NCBI GenBank assembly: GCA_963836075.1
Contig: CAWIIB010000001.1
Coordinates: forward strand, 1,664,001 to 1,728,000
Source: an uncultured Acidobacteriota bacterium
Lineage (GTDB): Bacteria; Acidobacteriota; JAQAZP01
Direction of reading: 5' to 3'
DNA: 64,000 bases
This document shows, piece by piece, positions 39,817 through 49,883 of this stretch (the stretch's first letter is position 1; each line of letters opens with the position of its first letter). The position numbers and the translations under genes were made by a program. Below the pieces are notes generated by a model. That model did no database searches, was not told where the DNA came from, and saw only the letters and a list, made by a program, of their open reading frames with translations.

Positions 39817-40626
39817 ATGAAGAATCCTGCGATTCGTTCCGTGATCCTGCCGTTGCTGCTGATCGCCGGGCTGGCAGTGGCCGCCGCTCCTCCCGTGCAT
39901 GCCCAGGAGTCAAGTGAAGAGAGTGAATGGGAGTTCAACCTGACCATCTATGGCTGGCTGCCCCAGATCTATGGCCATCTCAACTACGAGGTTCCGGGCT
40001 CCGGTGACACGATAAAGGTCGATCCCAGCACTCTCCTCGATAACCTGGGGATGACCTTTCAGGGCGCTTTTGAAATGCGCAAGAACAAGTGGTCGCTGCT
40101 GGCCGACCTCTTCTACGCCCAGGAGAAGGCCGGGGCAAGCGAGGCCGTACCACTTCCAGGGGAGGGAGGCGGGCAGGTCAACGTGGGTGCGGACCTGAAG
40201 CTCGACATGTGGCTCATCACTCTCGCCGGCGCCTACGAGGTGGCCAACCGGGAACGGGCCACCTGCAATGTCCTCCTCGGTTGCCGGCGCATCTCCATGG
40301 CCGGGGACCTCGATCTGAGTCTCGGAGATGGTCAGACCACCATCGCCACCGAGCATCTGTCCCGGTCGGCGGTGATCTATGACGGCATCGTCGGAATCAG
40401 GGGGCGTCTGGGGACAAAAGAAAAGTGGTATGTCCCCTATCACCTCGATATCGGCACCGGCAGTTCCAACTTCACCTGGCAGGGCATGACCGGGATTGGC
40501 TACAACTGGAAATGGGGCGGCGTGCTTGCGGCATACCGCTACCTCTATTTTGACCAGGGGGATCAGAAAATGGTGGAAGACCTGGCCCTGGGCGGCGGGG
40601 CGGTGGGTGTCCACTTCAACTGGTGA
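39817..40626 (+). CDS. Hypothetical outer-membrane beta-barrel
   Basis: Signal peptide; WEFNLTIYGWLP, DIGTGSS.FTWQ, YRYL, aromatic C-terminus. Confidence 0.75.
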   Translation: MKNPAIRSVILPLLLIAGLAVAAAPPVHAQESSEESEWEFNLTIYGWLPQIYGHLNYEVPGSGDTIKVDPSTLLDNLGMTFQGAFEMRKNKWSLLADLFYAQEKAGASEAVPLPGEGGGQVNVGADLKLDMWLITLAGAYEVANRERATCNVLLGCRRISMAGDLDLSLGDGQTTIATEHLSRSAVIYDGIVGIRGRLGTKEKWYVPYHLDIGTGSSNFTWQGMTGIGYNWKWGGVLAAYRYLYFDQGDQKMVEDLALGGGAVGVHFNW

Positions 40627-40703
40627 TCCAGGGATCCGGCAGTGCAACAGGTTGATCGCCGACCGATGCCGATGTTGGCAGTTGAACAGAAATGGAGCGA
40701 ATC

Positions 40704-41426
40704 ATGAAGAAGTCAATGATAGTGAGCGTGGTGTTTTTTATGGCCGTCGGGTTCATTCTGGCCGGCAGCGGAGTGCTCTTCGCTGAAGGGGAAGTGCCGG
40801 CGTCATCCGTTGGCGAGCAGGTGACCGTCAAGGGCCAGTATGTCAGATTGGCCGCCAACGCCGAGGGCTGGGTCACCATGGGGTACGGGATTGCCAACCT
40901 GTCGGTGGGAGAGGAGTGGATGCTGATCGATGTGGGACTTACGGTGCAGCATGGGGTGCAGCCCCAAAAAATCTCCCGGAATGACATCACCATCGTGACC
41001 CCGGACAAAAAGGTCATCCCCTTGCCCACCGCCGAGGAATTCGGCAAGGTCCGCGGCTCACTCAGGGCCCTGGACCAGCGGGCCAACATGACGGTGGAGT
41101 CGATCAACTATTTTCCCCCCGGCGTGAACGAACCGTGCCGTCTTGGTTTCTTTTCTCACCCTGATCAAGGCCCCGGCCTCGCCCATGACACGACCGAGCT
41201 TGACCCCCAGAGGGCCTGCATGGGCCGCCTCTACTTCCAGATCCCCGGCGGCATTCAGTACGGGCTGCACAACCTGGATGTCAAGTTCGCCGGCAGCACG
41301 GTCCGGGTTCCGTTCAAGATCATGACCAAGGAGGAAGCGAAGGCGTTCGAGAAGGAATGGAAAGCAGCGGAAAAGAAAGAGAAGGCAGAAAAGAAGGCTG
41401 AGCACAAGGGTCACAAGCACGAATAA
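40704..41426 (+). CDS. Hypothetical secreted protein
   Basis: Signal peptide, two Cys, Lys/Glu-rich tail. Confidence 0.75.
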   Translation: MKKSMIVSVVFFMAVGFILAGSGVLFAEGEVPASSVGEQVTVKGQYVRLAANAEGWVTMGYGIANLSVGEEWMLIDVGLTVQHGVQPQKISRNDITIVTPDKKVIPLPTAEEFGKVRGSLRALDQRANMTVESINYFPPGVNEPCRLGFFSHPDQGPGLAHDTTELDPQRACMGRLYFQIPGGIQYGLHNLDVKFAGSTVRVPFKIMTKEEAKAFEKEWKAAEKKEKAEKKAEHKGHKHE

Positions 41427-41498
41427 GCAACAACGGCGAACCCCTGGTGCACGTTGCTACCGGGGTTCGCCGGGCCCCTTCACATATTGTTGGTTGCC

Positions 41499-42602
41499 AT
41501 GATGAATCGTACCCCAATGAACATCGGATGCCGTATTCTGCTCGTCCTCGTCCTGGCCCATCTGCTGGTCTGTTCACCGCTCACCGCTCGTCAGAAGACC
41601 GACCTGGTGACGCTTAAAAACGGCGGCCGCCTGATGGTGGAGATCCGGTCGCTCGACCTGGGCCGGCTGGAGGCCAAGACCGACGAGATGGAAACGGTCT
41701 ACATCGACTGGAAAGAGATCGTTGAACTCACCAGCGAAAGCCAGTTCGAAGTGGAAGTGGAAAGCGGTGAACTATATTTCGGTGCGCTCGAGCCGGGCTC
41801 AGAGGAGGGGACCATGGTGGTCCGCGGAGACGGTGAGCCGGTCACCCTGGAGATGATCCGGGTGGTGCTCATCTACCCCCTGGAATCGAGTTTTTGGCGG
41901 CGGATCAAGGGATCGTTGAATATCGGCTATACCCTGAACAGCGGCAACAATCTCAAGCAGTTGACCCTTGGTCTTGACGCCGGATACCGGACACGCCGTT
42001 ATCACAGGCAGTTGAACATCAACTCCTACTTCAGCAGGCAGGACAACAACGATCCCATCGAGCAGAACCAGGGGGTGTTCGCCATCACCCGTAACCTGCG
42101 AAAGCATCCCAAGTGGGGCACAACGGCGATAGCGGCGATTCAGCAGAACAGCGAGCTGGGGCTCGATTACCGGGCCCTGGGAGGCTTATCATTAGGCCGC
42201 AGTATCGTGCAGACAAACCAGAACCTGTTCGTCATATCGGCCGGCTTTGTGGTCAACAGCGAGAAGTTCAGCGGCAATGAAGATACCGGAACGGAAGAGG
42301 ATCAGGATGATATCTATTCGTCCCAGGATGTGAATTGGGAAGGGCTGCTCATGGTCACCTATTACGCCTTCCGTTACCAGCACCCGAAAATGAAGGTCAA
42401 CGCAACATTGATGGTTCTCCCCGGCTTGAGCAATACCGACCGGCTCCGTCTCCAGTTCCAGGGTGGTGTGAGCTACGAGATTTTCAGAAACTTCACCGTC
42501 GGCCTCACGGCCTCCGAATCATACGATTCCCAGCCGCCGGTGGCCGGCGTGAAGTCCAACACGTACAACGTCGGCGCCACCATCGGCTGGAACTTCAACT
42601 AG
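41499..42602 (+). CDS. DUF481-like outer-membrane beta-barrel (copy 2)
   Basis: Full-length paralogue of 36702. Confidence 0.8.
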   Translation: MMNRTPMNIGCRILLVLVLAHLLVCSPLTARQKTDLVTLKNGGRLMVEIRSLDLGRLEAKTDEMETVYIDWKEIVELTSESQFEVEVESGELYFGALEPGSEEGTMVVRGDGEPVTLEMIRVVLIYPLESSFWRRIKGSLNIGYTLNSGNNLKQLTLGLDAGYRTRRYHRQLNINSYFSRQDNNDPIEQNQGVFAITRNLRKHPKWGTTAIAAIQQNSELGLDYRALGGLSLGRSIVQTNQNLFVISAGFVVNSEKFSGNEDTGTEEDQDDIYSSQDVNWEGLLMVTYYAFRYQHPKMKVNATLMVLPGLSNTDRLRLQFQGGVSYEIFRNFTVGLTASESYDSQPPVAGVKSNTYNVGATIGWNFN

Positions 42603-42869
42603 TGCTGAGTCATAAAACATATTGTTAACACGATCGCTCGACCTGGCCCCAGACCGAATACCGCTGAAGGTTCACCGCCGCCAGGGAGAACGACGGGAAC
42701 GGGCTTTACGGCTGAAGTATCCAACCAGGGTGCTATTGTTCCCAATAGATATCGACAAGCCGTTGTCTGTGATCGGATCAGGGGCTCTGAACTCCTGCGG
42801 AAAGAAATAGAAACGAGTGGGCCAGAGCCTGGGGGAAATCGGCCTCACGAATGAGACGGGAGTAATACC

Positions 42870-44168
42870 ATGAGAACGAAACATTCACCCACCAGAAGAA
42901 TCCGGCCGGTCATGTCCTGTCTGTTTTGTATCTGCGCCGTCTTGCTGATGACGGCCACCGGATGCAGTTTTGGCAAGCTCAAAAATGATGTGGAAGAATT
43001 GGAGGCCGTGGGGCTGATTTCCGGGACCGTGAGCGCTCCGGGCGGGACCGGGGGCGTCTACGTGATGCTGTTCTCGGAAACCGATAAGGGGCTTGAAAAA
43101 CAGGGCACCAATACCCTCTCGCCATTTATGGACACCTGGGCCTTCACCGTTCAGACCGGCATTCGGTACTATGTGGCCGGGTTCCGCGATCTCGATGGAG
43201 ATCGCCTCTACTCCCCGGGAGAGCCGGCAGGACTGCTCGGTGACGACGAAGCATATGTCATGGAACAGCAAACACGGGCCTACGGCATCCCGCTCGAGTT
43301 GAAAACCGACGCGACAATCCCCGACCGCTTCAACCTCGATGCCCGGGAAGGGCTCCTCTCTATAGATGCCGGTGTGCAAATCGTGGCCGGCGATATCATT
43401 GATTTCGATGAAGAACGCTTTTCCTCCAAGCAATCCGGGGAGGGAATGTGGACTCCGTTGACCGCCATCCTGAGCACCGGCGTGGGGATCTATTTCCTCG
43501 GTGAATTCGATCCGGAGAAAATCCCGGTGCTCTTCGTCCACGGCATCGGCGGAACACCGGCGGAATTCCGGGGCCTGGCCGAAAGCCTCGACCAGGAGCG
43601 CTTCCAGCCCTGGTTCTTCCACTATCCTTCCGGGTTCCGGCTCTATGCCACAGGCAAGTGGCTCAAAGAGCAGGTCGATGATCTACGCCTGAAACTCGGC
43701 TTCGATAAGATCTATGTGGTGGCCCACAGCATGGGCGGCCTCGTCAGTCGCTCTTTCATTCAACAGGAGGCGAGAAACGCCGAGTCCCAGGACCTGGTGA
43801 AGCTCTTCGTCACCATTGCCACGCCTCTCCAGGGTCATGCCGCCGCGGAGTTCGGGCTGAAATACACCCCTGAACCGGTCCCGGCCTGGATCGACATGGC
43901 ACCGGGAAGCGATTTCCTGAACAACCTGAAGAAGCCCCTGCCGGAGAGCATTTCATACTACATCCTCTTCACCTTCCGCCGGGGCAGCACATCGTTGATG
44001 GGCGGGAGCCACGACAGTGTCGTCTCGGTGATGAGTCAGATCCCCCTCTGGGCCCAGGAGGAAGCGGTGCGGATCAGAGGGTATGACGAGGACCACGAGA
44101 GTGTCCTCGTTTCCGCCGATGCAACGGCCGAACTGAACAGGATCCTGGCTGAGGTGACGTCGGAGTAA
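42870..44168 (+). CDS. Alpha/beta-hydrolase lipoprotein (lipase/esterase-like)
   Basis: Lipobox ATGC; FVHGIGG oxyanion motif, AHSMGG nucleophile, DSVV, DH. Confidence 0.88.
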   Translation: MRTKHSPTRRIRPVMSCLFCICAVLLMTATGCSFGKLKNDVEELEAVGLISGTVSAPGGTGGVYVMLFSETDKGLEKQGTNTLSPFMDTWAFTVQTGIRYYVAGFRDLDGDRLYSPGEPAGLLGDDEAYVMEQQTRAYGIPLELKTDATIPDRFNLDAREGLLSIDAGVQIVAGDIIDFDEERFSSKQSGEGMWTPLTAILSTGVGIYFLGEFDPEKIPVLFVHGIGGTPAEFRGLAESLDQERFQPWFFHYPSGFRLYATGKWLKEQVDDLRLKLGFDKIYVVAHSMGGLVSRSFIQQEARNAESQDLVKLFVTIATPLQGHAAAEFGLKYTPEPVPAWIDMAPGSDFLNNLKKPLPESISYYILFTFRRGSTSLMGGSHDSVVSVMSQIPLWAQEEAVRIRGYDEDHESVLVSADATAELNRILAEVTSE

Positions 44169-44289
44169 GCATGGCCCAGGTTCCTCACCACTCTCTCCAG
44201 ACCATGATCTGCAATCGACTGGCGGCGTGAAGACAATAAAATGGGGACAGGAGCGGGGCTCGCAACAGTGTTATCGTTCCCCACTGGTC

Positions 44290-44446
44290 CGCGATGTGGC
44301 GCAGGTCAAGGCGGAGCTGTCCCAGTTGTCCGCCGACGTGCGCAGCATTCACGGTGCGTTTAAGTCCTTTTCCGACGTGACGACGAAAACGCTTGTCCCG
44401 CTGCTGGGAATGGTGTTCAAGTTCGGGAAGAAGGACAAGTATTGAA
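44290..44446 (+). pseudogene. Orphan duplicate of the YqjE-like gene 3' end
   Basis: Matches 39603-39759 (150/157), including the stop codon. Confidence 0.88.
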
Positions 44447-44476
44447 CCGGTGCTGCGCGTCACGCCCGGCGCACTC

Positions 44477-44513
44477 AAAAAAGGCCGGCTCCCGCTTGCC
44501 AGGGAGCCGGCCT
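44477..44513 (-). terminator. Rho-independent terminator of the HAF-repeat gene
   Basis: AGGCCGGCTCCC/GGGAGCCGGCCT stem with a T tract on the minus strand. Confidence 0.8.
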
Positions 44514-44553
44514 CATTCACCCCGTTCAGATCTCAGGGCATTTCCAATTCAGG

Positions 44554-45954
44554 TCAGTCACAGGTGGTGGTCACGGTGCAGCTGTCGGTCTGTTCCACCA
44601 TGGTGGCGGTGTCCGTACCGGTGAGGTCGAACACCAGGTCGCAGTTGCAGGTGGTGGAGGCGTATGCCGGGATCGGCATGGTCCACTGGATGGCGTAGGT
44701 CTCGTCAACGCTCAGCACGGTGGTGCCGGTCCGCACGTCGGTAAAGGTGTTCCCGTTGCAGATGGTGGCATCCATGTGAGCCTGGATCTGGATCATCGAA
44801 TCGCTGGTGTTGGTCAGCTCGACGAGGAAAGAACCGTTGCCGGGCAGGCTCACCGCCGGGGTCAGACAGTCGATGTTCACGTCAAAGGTGGCCGTCGCGG
44901 GCAGGGTCACCCGGTAGGCCCAGAGGGTGAAGTCAATGAGGTCGTAGCAATGTCCGATGATGGTGCGTCCGTCACCGGAGATGTAGGCGATCTCCATCCA
45001 GTAGTTCTCATGGCCGGTCATGCCCATGCCGGTCAGGTAGTCGACGAGCGGCATCATTCCGGTCTCTTCGGTCCAGATGAAGGCCTGCTTGATCGAGCTG
45101 GAGGGCCCACTGTTGCCGGTGACCACACTGCCGTCGTCAGTCACTGCGTAGGCCCGGGACTGCGGATCAAAACCGTGGTCGAGGATGCCGATGTTGACCG
45201 CGCCGGTCTCAGCCGTCCAGATCCAGGCCTCGTTGAACAGCGGGCCGGCGGCGGGGCCGCCCACCAGCACCGAACCGTCGGGGGTGGAGTCGTATGCCTC
45301 ACCCACTTCGAAGCCGCTGGTGGCGTCCCACAGCACGTGCTGGGTGCCGTCTGCATCCCAGTAGCAGCCCTGGCGAAAACCGTAGGACATCTCCTGCCAG
45401 CCGTAGATCACCGAGCCGTCCTCGGAGATGCCGTTAGCCCGGCTGTTCCGGTCTACCACGGTGCTTCCCAGGTCCACCATGCCGGTCTCCGCCGTGTAGG
45501 AAAAAGCGCGGGCAATGCTGCAGCCGTCCCAGGCCAGACCGACAATCGTGGATCCGTCGTCGGAAATGCCGTAGGTGCTGCTGAGCATATAGTCACAGGG
45601 CATTCCGGCGCCGATGCTGCCCAGGGTCTGCCACGAGGTGCCGCCGAGCCAGATGCCGGCGTTCCAGTAACCGTCGACATCGACGGCGTTGCCGGCGATG
45701 GCCGAGCCGTCGGCGTTGATTCTCGGCCCGCCGCTGGAGGTGAAGCCGCCCAGGTCCACCAGCGTGTTCTCGGGCGTCCACATCACGGTGTTCCAGTTGC
45801 CGCTGGCCTGGTCGATACCCAGGAGGGTGCGGCCATCGTCCGTCATGTCGGTGAGTTTGACGTTTGTCGTCAGCAGTTCGAAAGTGGGGACCTGCGCGGC
45901 AGCCATGCCGCAGATGGTGAACAGAGCCATGGTGATCGCTGCAAACCGTTTCAT
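44554..45954 (-). CDS. Secreted HAF-type extracellular repeat protein with shared C-terminal domain
   Basis: Signal peptide; repeats GISDDGSTIVG, GISEDGSVIYG, TDDGSVVTG, AF.WT.ETGM. Confidence 0.85.
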   Translation of the reverse strand: MKRFAAITMALFTICGMAAAQVPTFELLTTNVKLTDMTDDGRTLLGIDQASGNWNTVMWTPENTLVDLGGFTSSGGPRINADGSAIAGNAVDVDGYWNAGIWLGGTSWQTLGSIGAGMPCDYMLSSTYGISDDGSTIVGLAWDGCSIARAFSYTAETGMVDLGSTVVDRNSRANGISEDGSVIYGWQEMSYGFRQGCYWDADGTQHVLWDATSGFEVGEAYDSTPDGSVLVGGPAAGPLFNEAWIWTAETGAVNIGILDHGFDPQSRAYAVTDDGSVVTGNSGPSSSIKQAFIWTEETGMMPLVDYLTGMGMTGHENYWMEIAYISGDGRTIIGHCYDLIDFTLWAYRVTLPATATFDVNIDCLTPAVSLPGNGSFLVELTNTSDSMIQIQAHMDATICNGNTFTDVRTGTTVLSVDETYAIQWTMPIPAYASTTCNCDLVFDLTGTDTATMVEQTDSCTVTTTCD

Positions 45955-46104
45955 CGAGAATCCTCCTTGTTGAAAACGGTTCGACCGTTTTCCCGCCCGG
46001 CACCTCTATGGGCCGCCTCCAGCGGCCCACTGCCGGCAGGATTGTGGTCGTGTAATTCGAATCCACCGTTTCCGGTGGCTTCCTTGCCTGTAGCACCTTA
46101 GTAG

Positions 46105-46120
46105 AGCAAGCCCTGTGCCA
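46105..46120 (-). promoter_or_regulatory. Sigma54 -24/-12 promoter
   Basis: Minus strand TGGCAC-AGGGC-TTGCT, about 150 bp upstream of 45954. Confidence 0.85.
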
Positions 46121-46160
46121 ACCTGGCAAGGACAGGGAATATTCACGACAAGCTATTATT

Positions 46161-46173
46161 TATCAGTTGTTTA
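46161..46173 (+). promoter_or_regulatory. IHF site
   Basis: TATCAGTTGTTTA fits WATCARNNNNTTR in an AT-rich tract between the promoter and the palindrome. Confidence 0.6.
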
Positions 46174-46215
46174 ATCGTATAGCAGGAAAGGGATATTAAA
46201 CAGTAGGACAGGAAG

Positions 46216-46256
46216 GACTCGCGAAATATCAGGAAATTCGTGATATTTCACGAGTC
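46216..46256. promoter_or_regulatory. Palindromic putative enhancer (UAS)
   Basis: GACTCGCGAAATATCA-N9-TGATATTTCACGAGTC (15/16 paired), about 100-140 bp upstream of -24. Confidence 0.6.
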
Positions 46257-46313
46257 GTCTGGGCCCGTAATGGGATGGGGAAATGGCCCTGAATCGCGTA
46301 TCCGGGGTGGGCA

Positions 46314-48248
46314 TCACCGGTTTGGTCGCCGGATTCCGTGCTTGCGCATCCTTGACTCGAGGGTGGAGGGGTTGAGGTTGAGGGTCTCGGCGGCGCCGCC
46401 GCGGCCGCTGACCCGCCAGCCGCACTGCTCGAGGATAGCCAGGATATGCGCCCGTTCCACCTCCTCGAGGCTTTGCCCCGCCGCACCCACCGCCGCCAGC
46501 GACACCGGCAGGTCCACCCGCAGGGCTCCTCCCGGACTGATGATCATGCCCCGCTCGATCACGTTCCTCAGCTCGCGCACGTTGCCCGGCCAGTTGCAGG
46601 CCTGGAGCCGTTCGAGAACGGACCGGGGAATGCGCTCGATCACCTTGCCCATCGTCTCGGAAAAATCCTGGACAAAGGCCCAGACCAGCGGCGGGATATC
46701 CTCACGCCGCTCACGGAGCGGCGGCACGGAGATGGGAAAGACATTGAGCCGGTAATAGAGGTCTTCGCGAAAACGGCCCTCCCGCATTTCCGTCGCCAGG
46801 TCGCGGTTGGTGGCCGCAATGACCCGCGTATCCACGGTGAGTGTTTTCGTACTGCCCAGCCGCTCGAACCGGCCGTCCTGCAGCACGCGGAGCAGCTTGG
46901 CCTGCAGCTCGAGCGGCAGTTCGCCCACCTCGTCGAGGAAGATGGTCGACGCGTCGGCCAGCTCGAACCGTCCGGCCTGGCTGGTCAGCGCCCCGGTGTA
47001 TGCCCCCTCGGCACGGCCGAAGAGCTCGCTCTCCATCAGGGTGGAGGGCAGGGCGGCGCAGTTGACCTTGACCATCACGCGCTCTCTGCGGTCGCTCAGG
47101 TTGTGAAGCGCCCGGGCCACCAGCTCCTTTCCGGTGCCGGTCTCGCCGGTGATCAGCACCGTGGCCTCGGTGGCCGCCACCTGCTCCACCTGGCGGAGGA
47201 TACCCTTGATGGCCCGGCTGCGGCCCACGATCTCGTCGTGGGTGTGCTCCAGGCTTATCTCCTCCCTGAGGTAGATGTTTTCGGATTCCAGACGTTGCTG
47301 GAGCGCCCGGACCTCCTGGTCTGCCCGCTGCCGTTCCAGGGCGCTGGCGAAAGTCTCACCCACCAGCCGCATCTGTTCCACCAGGTCCTCGGGAAAGCGG
47401 AGTTCCTTGCGGGCATCGATGGAGATGTAGCCCATTGTCCGGCCGCCGGCGCTGAGCGGGATGCAGAGATCCGACTGCAACCCGGTCTCTTCGCAATAGC
47501 GGCGTTCCTCCTCCGCTTCCGGGGGGAGATCGTCGGGGGATTCCATACGGAAGGTTCTGCCGGCGAGAAGCACCGAGGCGAAATAGGGCAAAGGCGATTC
47601 CATGATACCTTTGTCGTACGGGTTGAGGTCGGACCTGGAGTAGGAGTGGGTGACCTGGAATTGACCGCTCTCGCCGATGTGGAACAGGGTGCCCCGGTCG
47701 CTGCCGAGATACTCCACCACCTCCTTGAGCCCCTCCTCGATCTGCTGATCCACCTTCTCGGGTTCGATGTTGACGAAACGGTTGGAGAGCGTCGAGATCA
47801 GCCGCTGGAACCCGAGGCGTTCGGCCAGTTCCTGCTCGTGTTGCTTGCGCAGCGTGTTGTCTTCAACCACCAGACAGATGCCCCCGCCGTTATCACCGCC
47901 CACGGGAAGTGGTTTCACGCTGACCACCCAATGGCGAATGGCGTCGTTAACTGCGGGCCCCTGTATCTCCACGTGTTCAGCGGTCTCACCCGACTCCAGC
48001 ACCAGCCGGCAAATCGGTTCGAGAAGTGAGGATATCGAGTGCGGAAGCATCTCCCCCAGGGTGCGGCCGAGGTGCTCCTCCGGGGGCCGCTCGTCGATCT
48101 CGGCCATCCGGTCATTGATGCTGACAAACCGGAGATCGCGGTCCAGGGCGCAGAGGCCCAGGGGGGCCACCCGGCCGGCCAGGGCCATCAGCTCCTTCTC
48201 GGATCGATCGCCACCCTCGCTGGAGGAAGGTTGCTGCTCGCTGTCCAT
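46314..48248 (-). CDS. Sigma54 enhancer-binding protein, PAS-GAF-AAA-Fis (FhlA-like)
   Basis: [47 protein letters not shown]-terminal HTH. Confidence 0.95.
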   Translation of the reverse strand: MDSEQQPSSSEGGDRSEKELMALAGRVAPLGLCALDRDLRFVSINDRMAEIDERPPEEHLGRTLGEMLPHSISSLLEPICRLVLESGETAEHVEIQGPAVNDAIRHWVVSVKPLPVGGDNGGGICLVVEDNTLRKQHEQELAERLGFQRLISTLSNRFVNIEPEKVDQQIEEGLKEVVEYLGSDRGTLFHIGESGQFQVTHSYSRSDLNPYDKGIMESPLPYFASVLLAGRTFRMESPDDLPPEAEEERRYCEETGLQSDLCIPLSAGGRTMGYISIDARKELRFPEDLVEQMRLVGETFASALERQRADQEVRALQQRLESENIYLREEISLEHTHDEIVGRSRAIKGILRQVEQVAATEATVLITGETGTGKELVARALHNLSDRRERVMVKVNCAALPSTLMESELFGRAEGAYTGALTSQAGRFELADASTIFLDEVGELPLELQAKLLRVLQDGRFERLGSTKTLTVDTRVIAATNRDLATEMREGRFREDLYYRLNVFPISVPPLRERREDIPPLVWAFVQDFSETMGKVIERIPRSVLERLQACNWPGNVRELRNVIERGMIISPGGALRVDLPVSLAAVGAAGQSLEEVERAHILAILEQCGWRVSGRGGAAETLNLNPSTLESRMRKHGIRRPNR

Positions 48249-48450
48249 CACGTCCCCCCGAAATTCGAGAACATTCACCGGGAACAGTGTAGTCGCTCGG
48301 CTCGATCATCTTCAACTGATCTGCGGCATTCTGACTGCTGCTGCAGCCAGCTTCGGCGAGATGGAATTCAAGTTCGTGCTGTCTCGGGGTGTGGTGAAGA
48401 ATGATTTCCTCACCGCTCCCCGGCGGGGTCCGGGGAGCGGTGGTCGGGGT

Positions 48451-49179
48451 TTACTTTTCCTCGATGCTGACCCGGGTTCTGGCCTGGTCCAGGGTCAACC
48501 GGCCCGAACTGTATTCCCGCAGGTCACCCATCCGCGCCTTGAACACCAGTCGCTCGGGGCCGTCCCCGTCATAGCCGAAACCGTCGAGGAAGGCGGCCAC
48601 CACCACCCACTGGTCGTCGGTGAGCTCGCCCAGGGTGGCGCCGTAGTCGAGCAGCGCCTCGCTCAGTTCGATCTTCAGGCCGGCCAGGTGCTCCCGGGCC
48701 TCCTTGGCCCTTTCCTCACGCCTCACATCCCAGCTCTCGGCCAGGTCCTCCACCGAACTGGGGACCCGGACTTCCTCCTCACCGCTTTTCGGGGCCTTGG
48801 GCGGCTTGGGCGGCGGTGCTGGTGAGGGCACCGTCCACTCGCCGCCCCCGGAGACAAAGGCGCGGTTGGAATTCCCCAGCGCGAAGTAGCCCAGGCCGCC
48901 GCCGGTGAGTGAGCCCTCGAAGGTGAACAGGGCCCCGTAACCGTCGAGGAACAGTCCGCGGGTGGCCCCGTTTCCCGAGACAAAGATATTGGGGCTTTCG
49001 CCGAGCACCTCGTCAAAGATCTTCTCCAGCACGTTCATCTTGCGCGCCATCCGCTGGCTGTCGCCATCGGGCGGAGCGCTCCAGACACCGGCCAGCCCGG
49101 AGAGGGCGAAGGTCAGCGCCATGGTCAGGGCCAAGGTGGCCACCCTGTTTCTGGTCACACTACTGCTGCTGTTCATCAA
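48451..49179 (-). CDS. Hypothetical exported protein in the ECF operon
   Basis: Signal peptide; G.FLDGYGALF, Pro-rich linker, L.EALLDYG. Confidence 0.75.
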   Translation of the reverse strand: MMNSSSSVTRNRVATLALTMALTFALSGLAGVWSAPPDGDSQRMARKMNVLEKIFDEVLGESPNIFVSGNGATRGLFLDGYGALFTFEGSLTGGGLGYFALGNSNRAFVSGGGEWTVPSPAPPPKPPKAPKSGEEEVRVPSSVEDLAESWDVRREERAKEAREHLAGLKIELSEALLDYGATLGELTDDQWVVVAAFLDGFGYDGDGPERLVFKARMGDLREYSSGRLTLDQARTRVSIEEK

Positions 49180-49883
49180 TTTTCCTCCACCGGATTCAGG
49201 GTCTGCCGGGGCCGCTGCTGCGCGGAGGCCAGGCCATAGGCCACCAGCTCCACGCGAGCCCGCAGATCCTCGTAGTTTTTCTGCTGGTGCAGGGATAGTT
49301 CCTGCTGCTGCATGTTCAGGGCTTCGAGAAAGCCGCGTACCAGCACCGCCTGCTCTCCGGAGCGGCGCTCTTCCATCACGGTGAGGCGTTGATCAGTCGC
49401 CTGCACCAGTTCACGGGCAAATAGAGCGAAATCGCCCCGGGTCATGACAACGTCGTTGCCGGCCGGCTGCAGGCCCGCCTGCTCCTCCGGGGCCCCGGAG
49501 AAACCGACGAGCCAGCCGTGGGCGGTGCGGTCCACCCGCAGGCCGCTGAAGAGCAGCACGGCAAAAATCGCGGCGGCCGCTGAAAACCCGGCAGCCACAC
49601 CGAACCACCGCCGCCAGGGTCCGGGAAGCAGGCGTCCGCTCTCCTGCTCCTCCCCGGGTGACAGGTCCACCGGCAGGGTGAAGCTGAACTCCACCTCGTC
49701 CTCCTCGCTGCCGGCCACGCTGAGGAAGTTCCTGGTGCCCCGCAGTTCATCCCACTCGGCACGCAGTTCCTCGCTCTCCTCCAGCGATTCCTCGAACCGC
49801 TTCATCTCTTCGGTGCTGAGTTCGCCGTAGAGGGCCGAGATCATCCTCTCCCGCAACGGGTCAAGCGGTCTGTCTTCAGTCAT
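49176..49883 (-). CDS. Putative anti-sigma factor
   Basis: LYGELS.EE...FE N-terminus, single TM helix, overlaps the ECF gene stop. Confidence 0.8.
   Translation of the reverse strand: MTEDRPLDPLRERMISALYGELSTEEMKRFEESLEESEELRAEWDELRGTRNFLSVAGSEEDEVEFSFTLPVDLSPGEEQESGRLLPGPWRRWFGVAAGFSAAAAIFAVLLFSGLRVDRTAHGWLVGFSGAPEEQAGLQPAGNDVVMTRGDFALFARELVQATDQRLTVMEERRSGEQAVLVRGFLEALNMQQQELSLHQQKNYEDLRARVELVAYGLASAQQRPRQTLNPVEEN

Noticed and set aside
42622-42860. Possible small gene or ncRNA
   Set aside because: No convincing RBS, motif or structure; may be a decayed remnant
44290-44446. Duplicated gene ends as DGR template/variable repeats
   Set aside because: No reverse transcriptase in the window, and the mismatches are not adenine-specific
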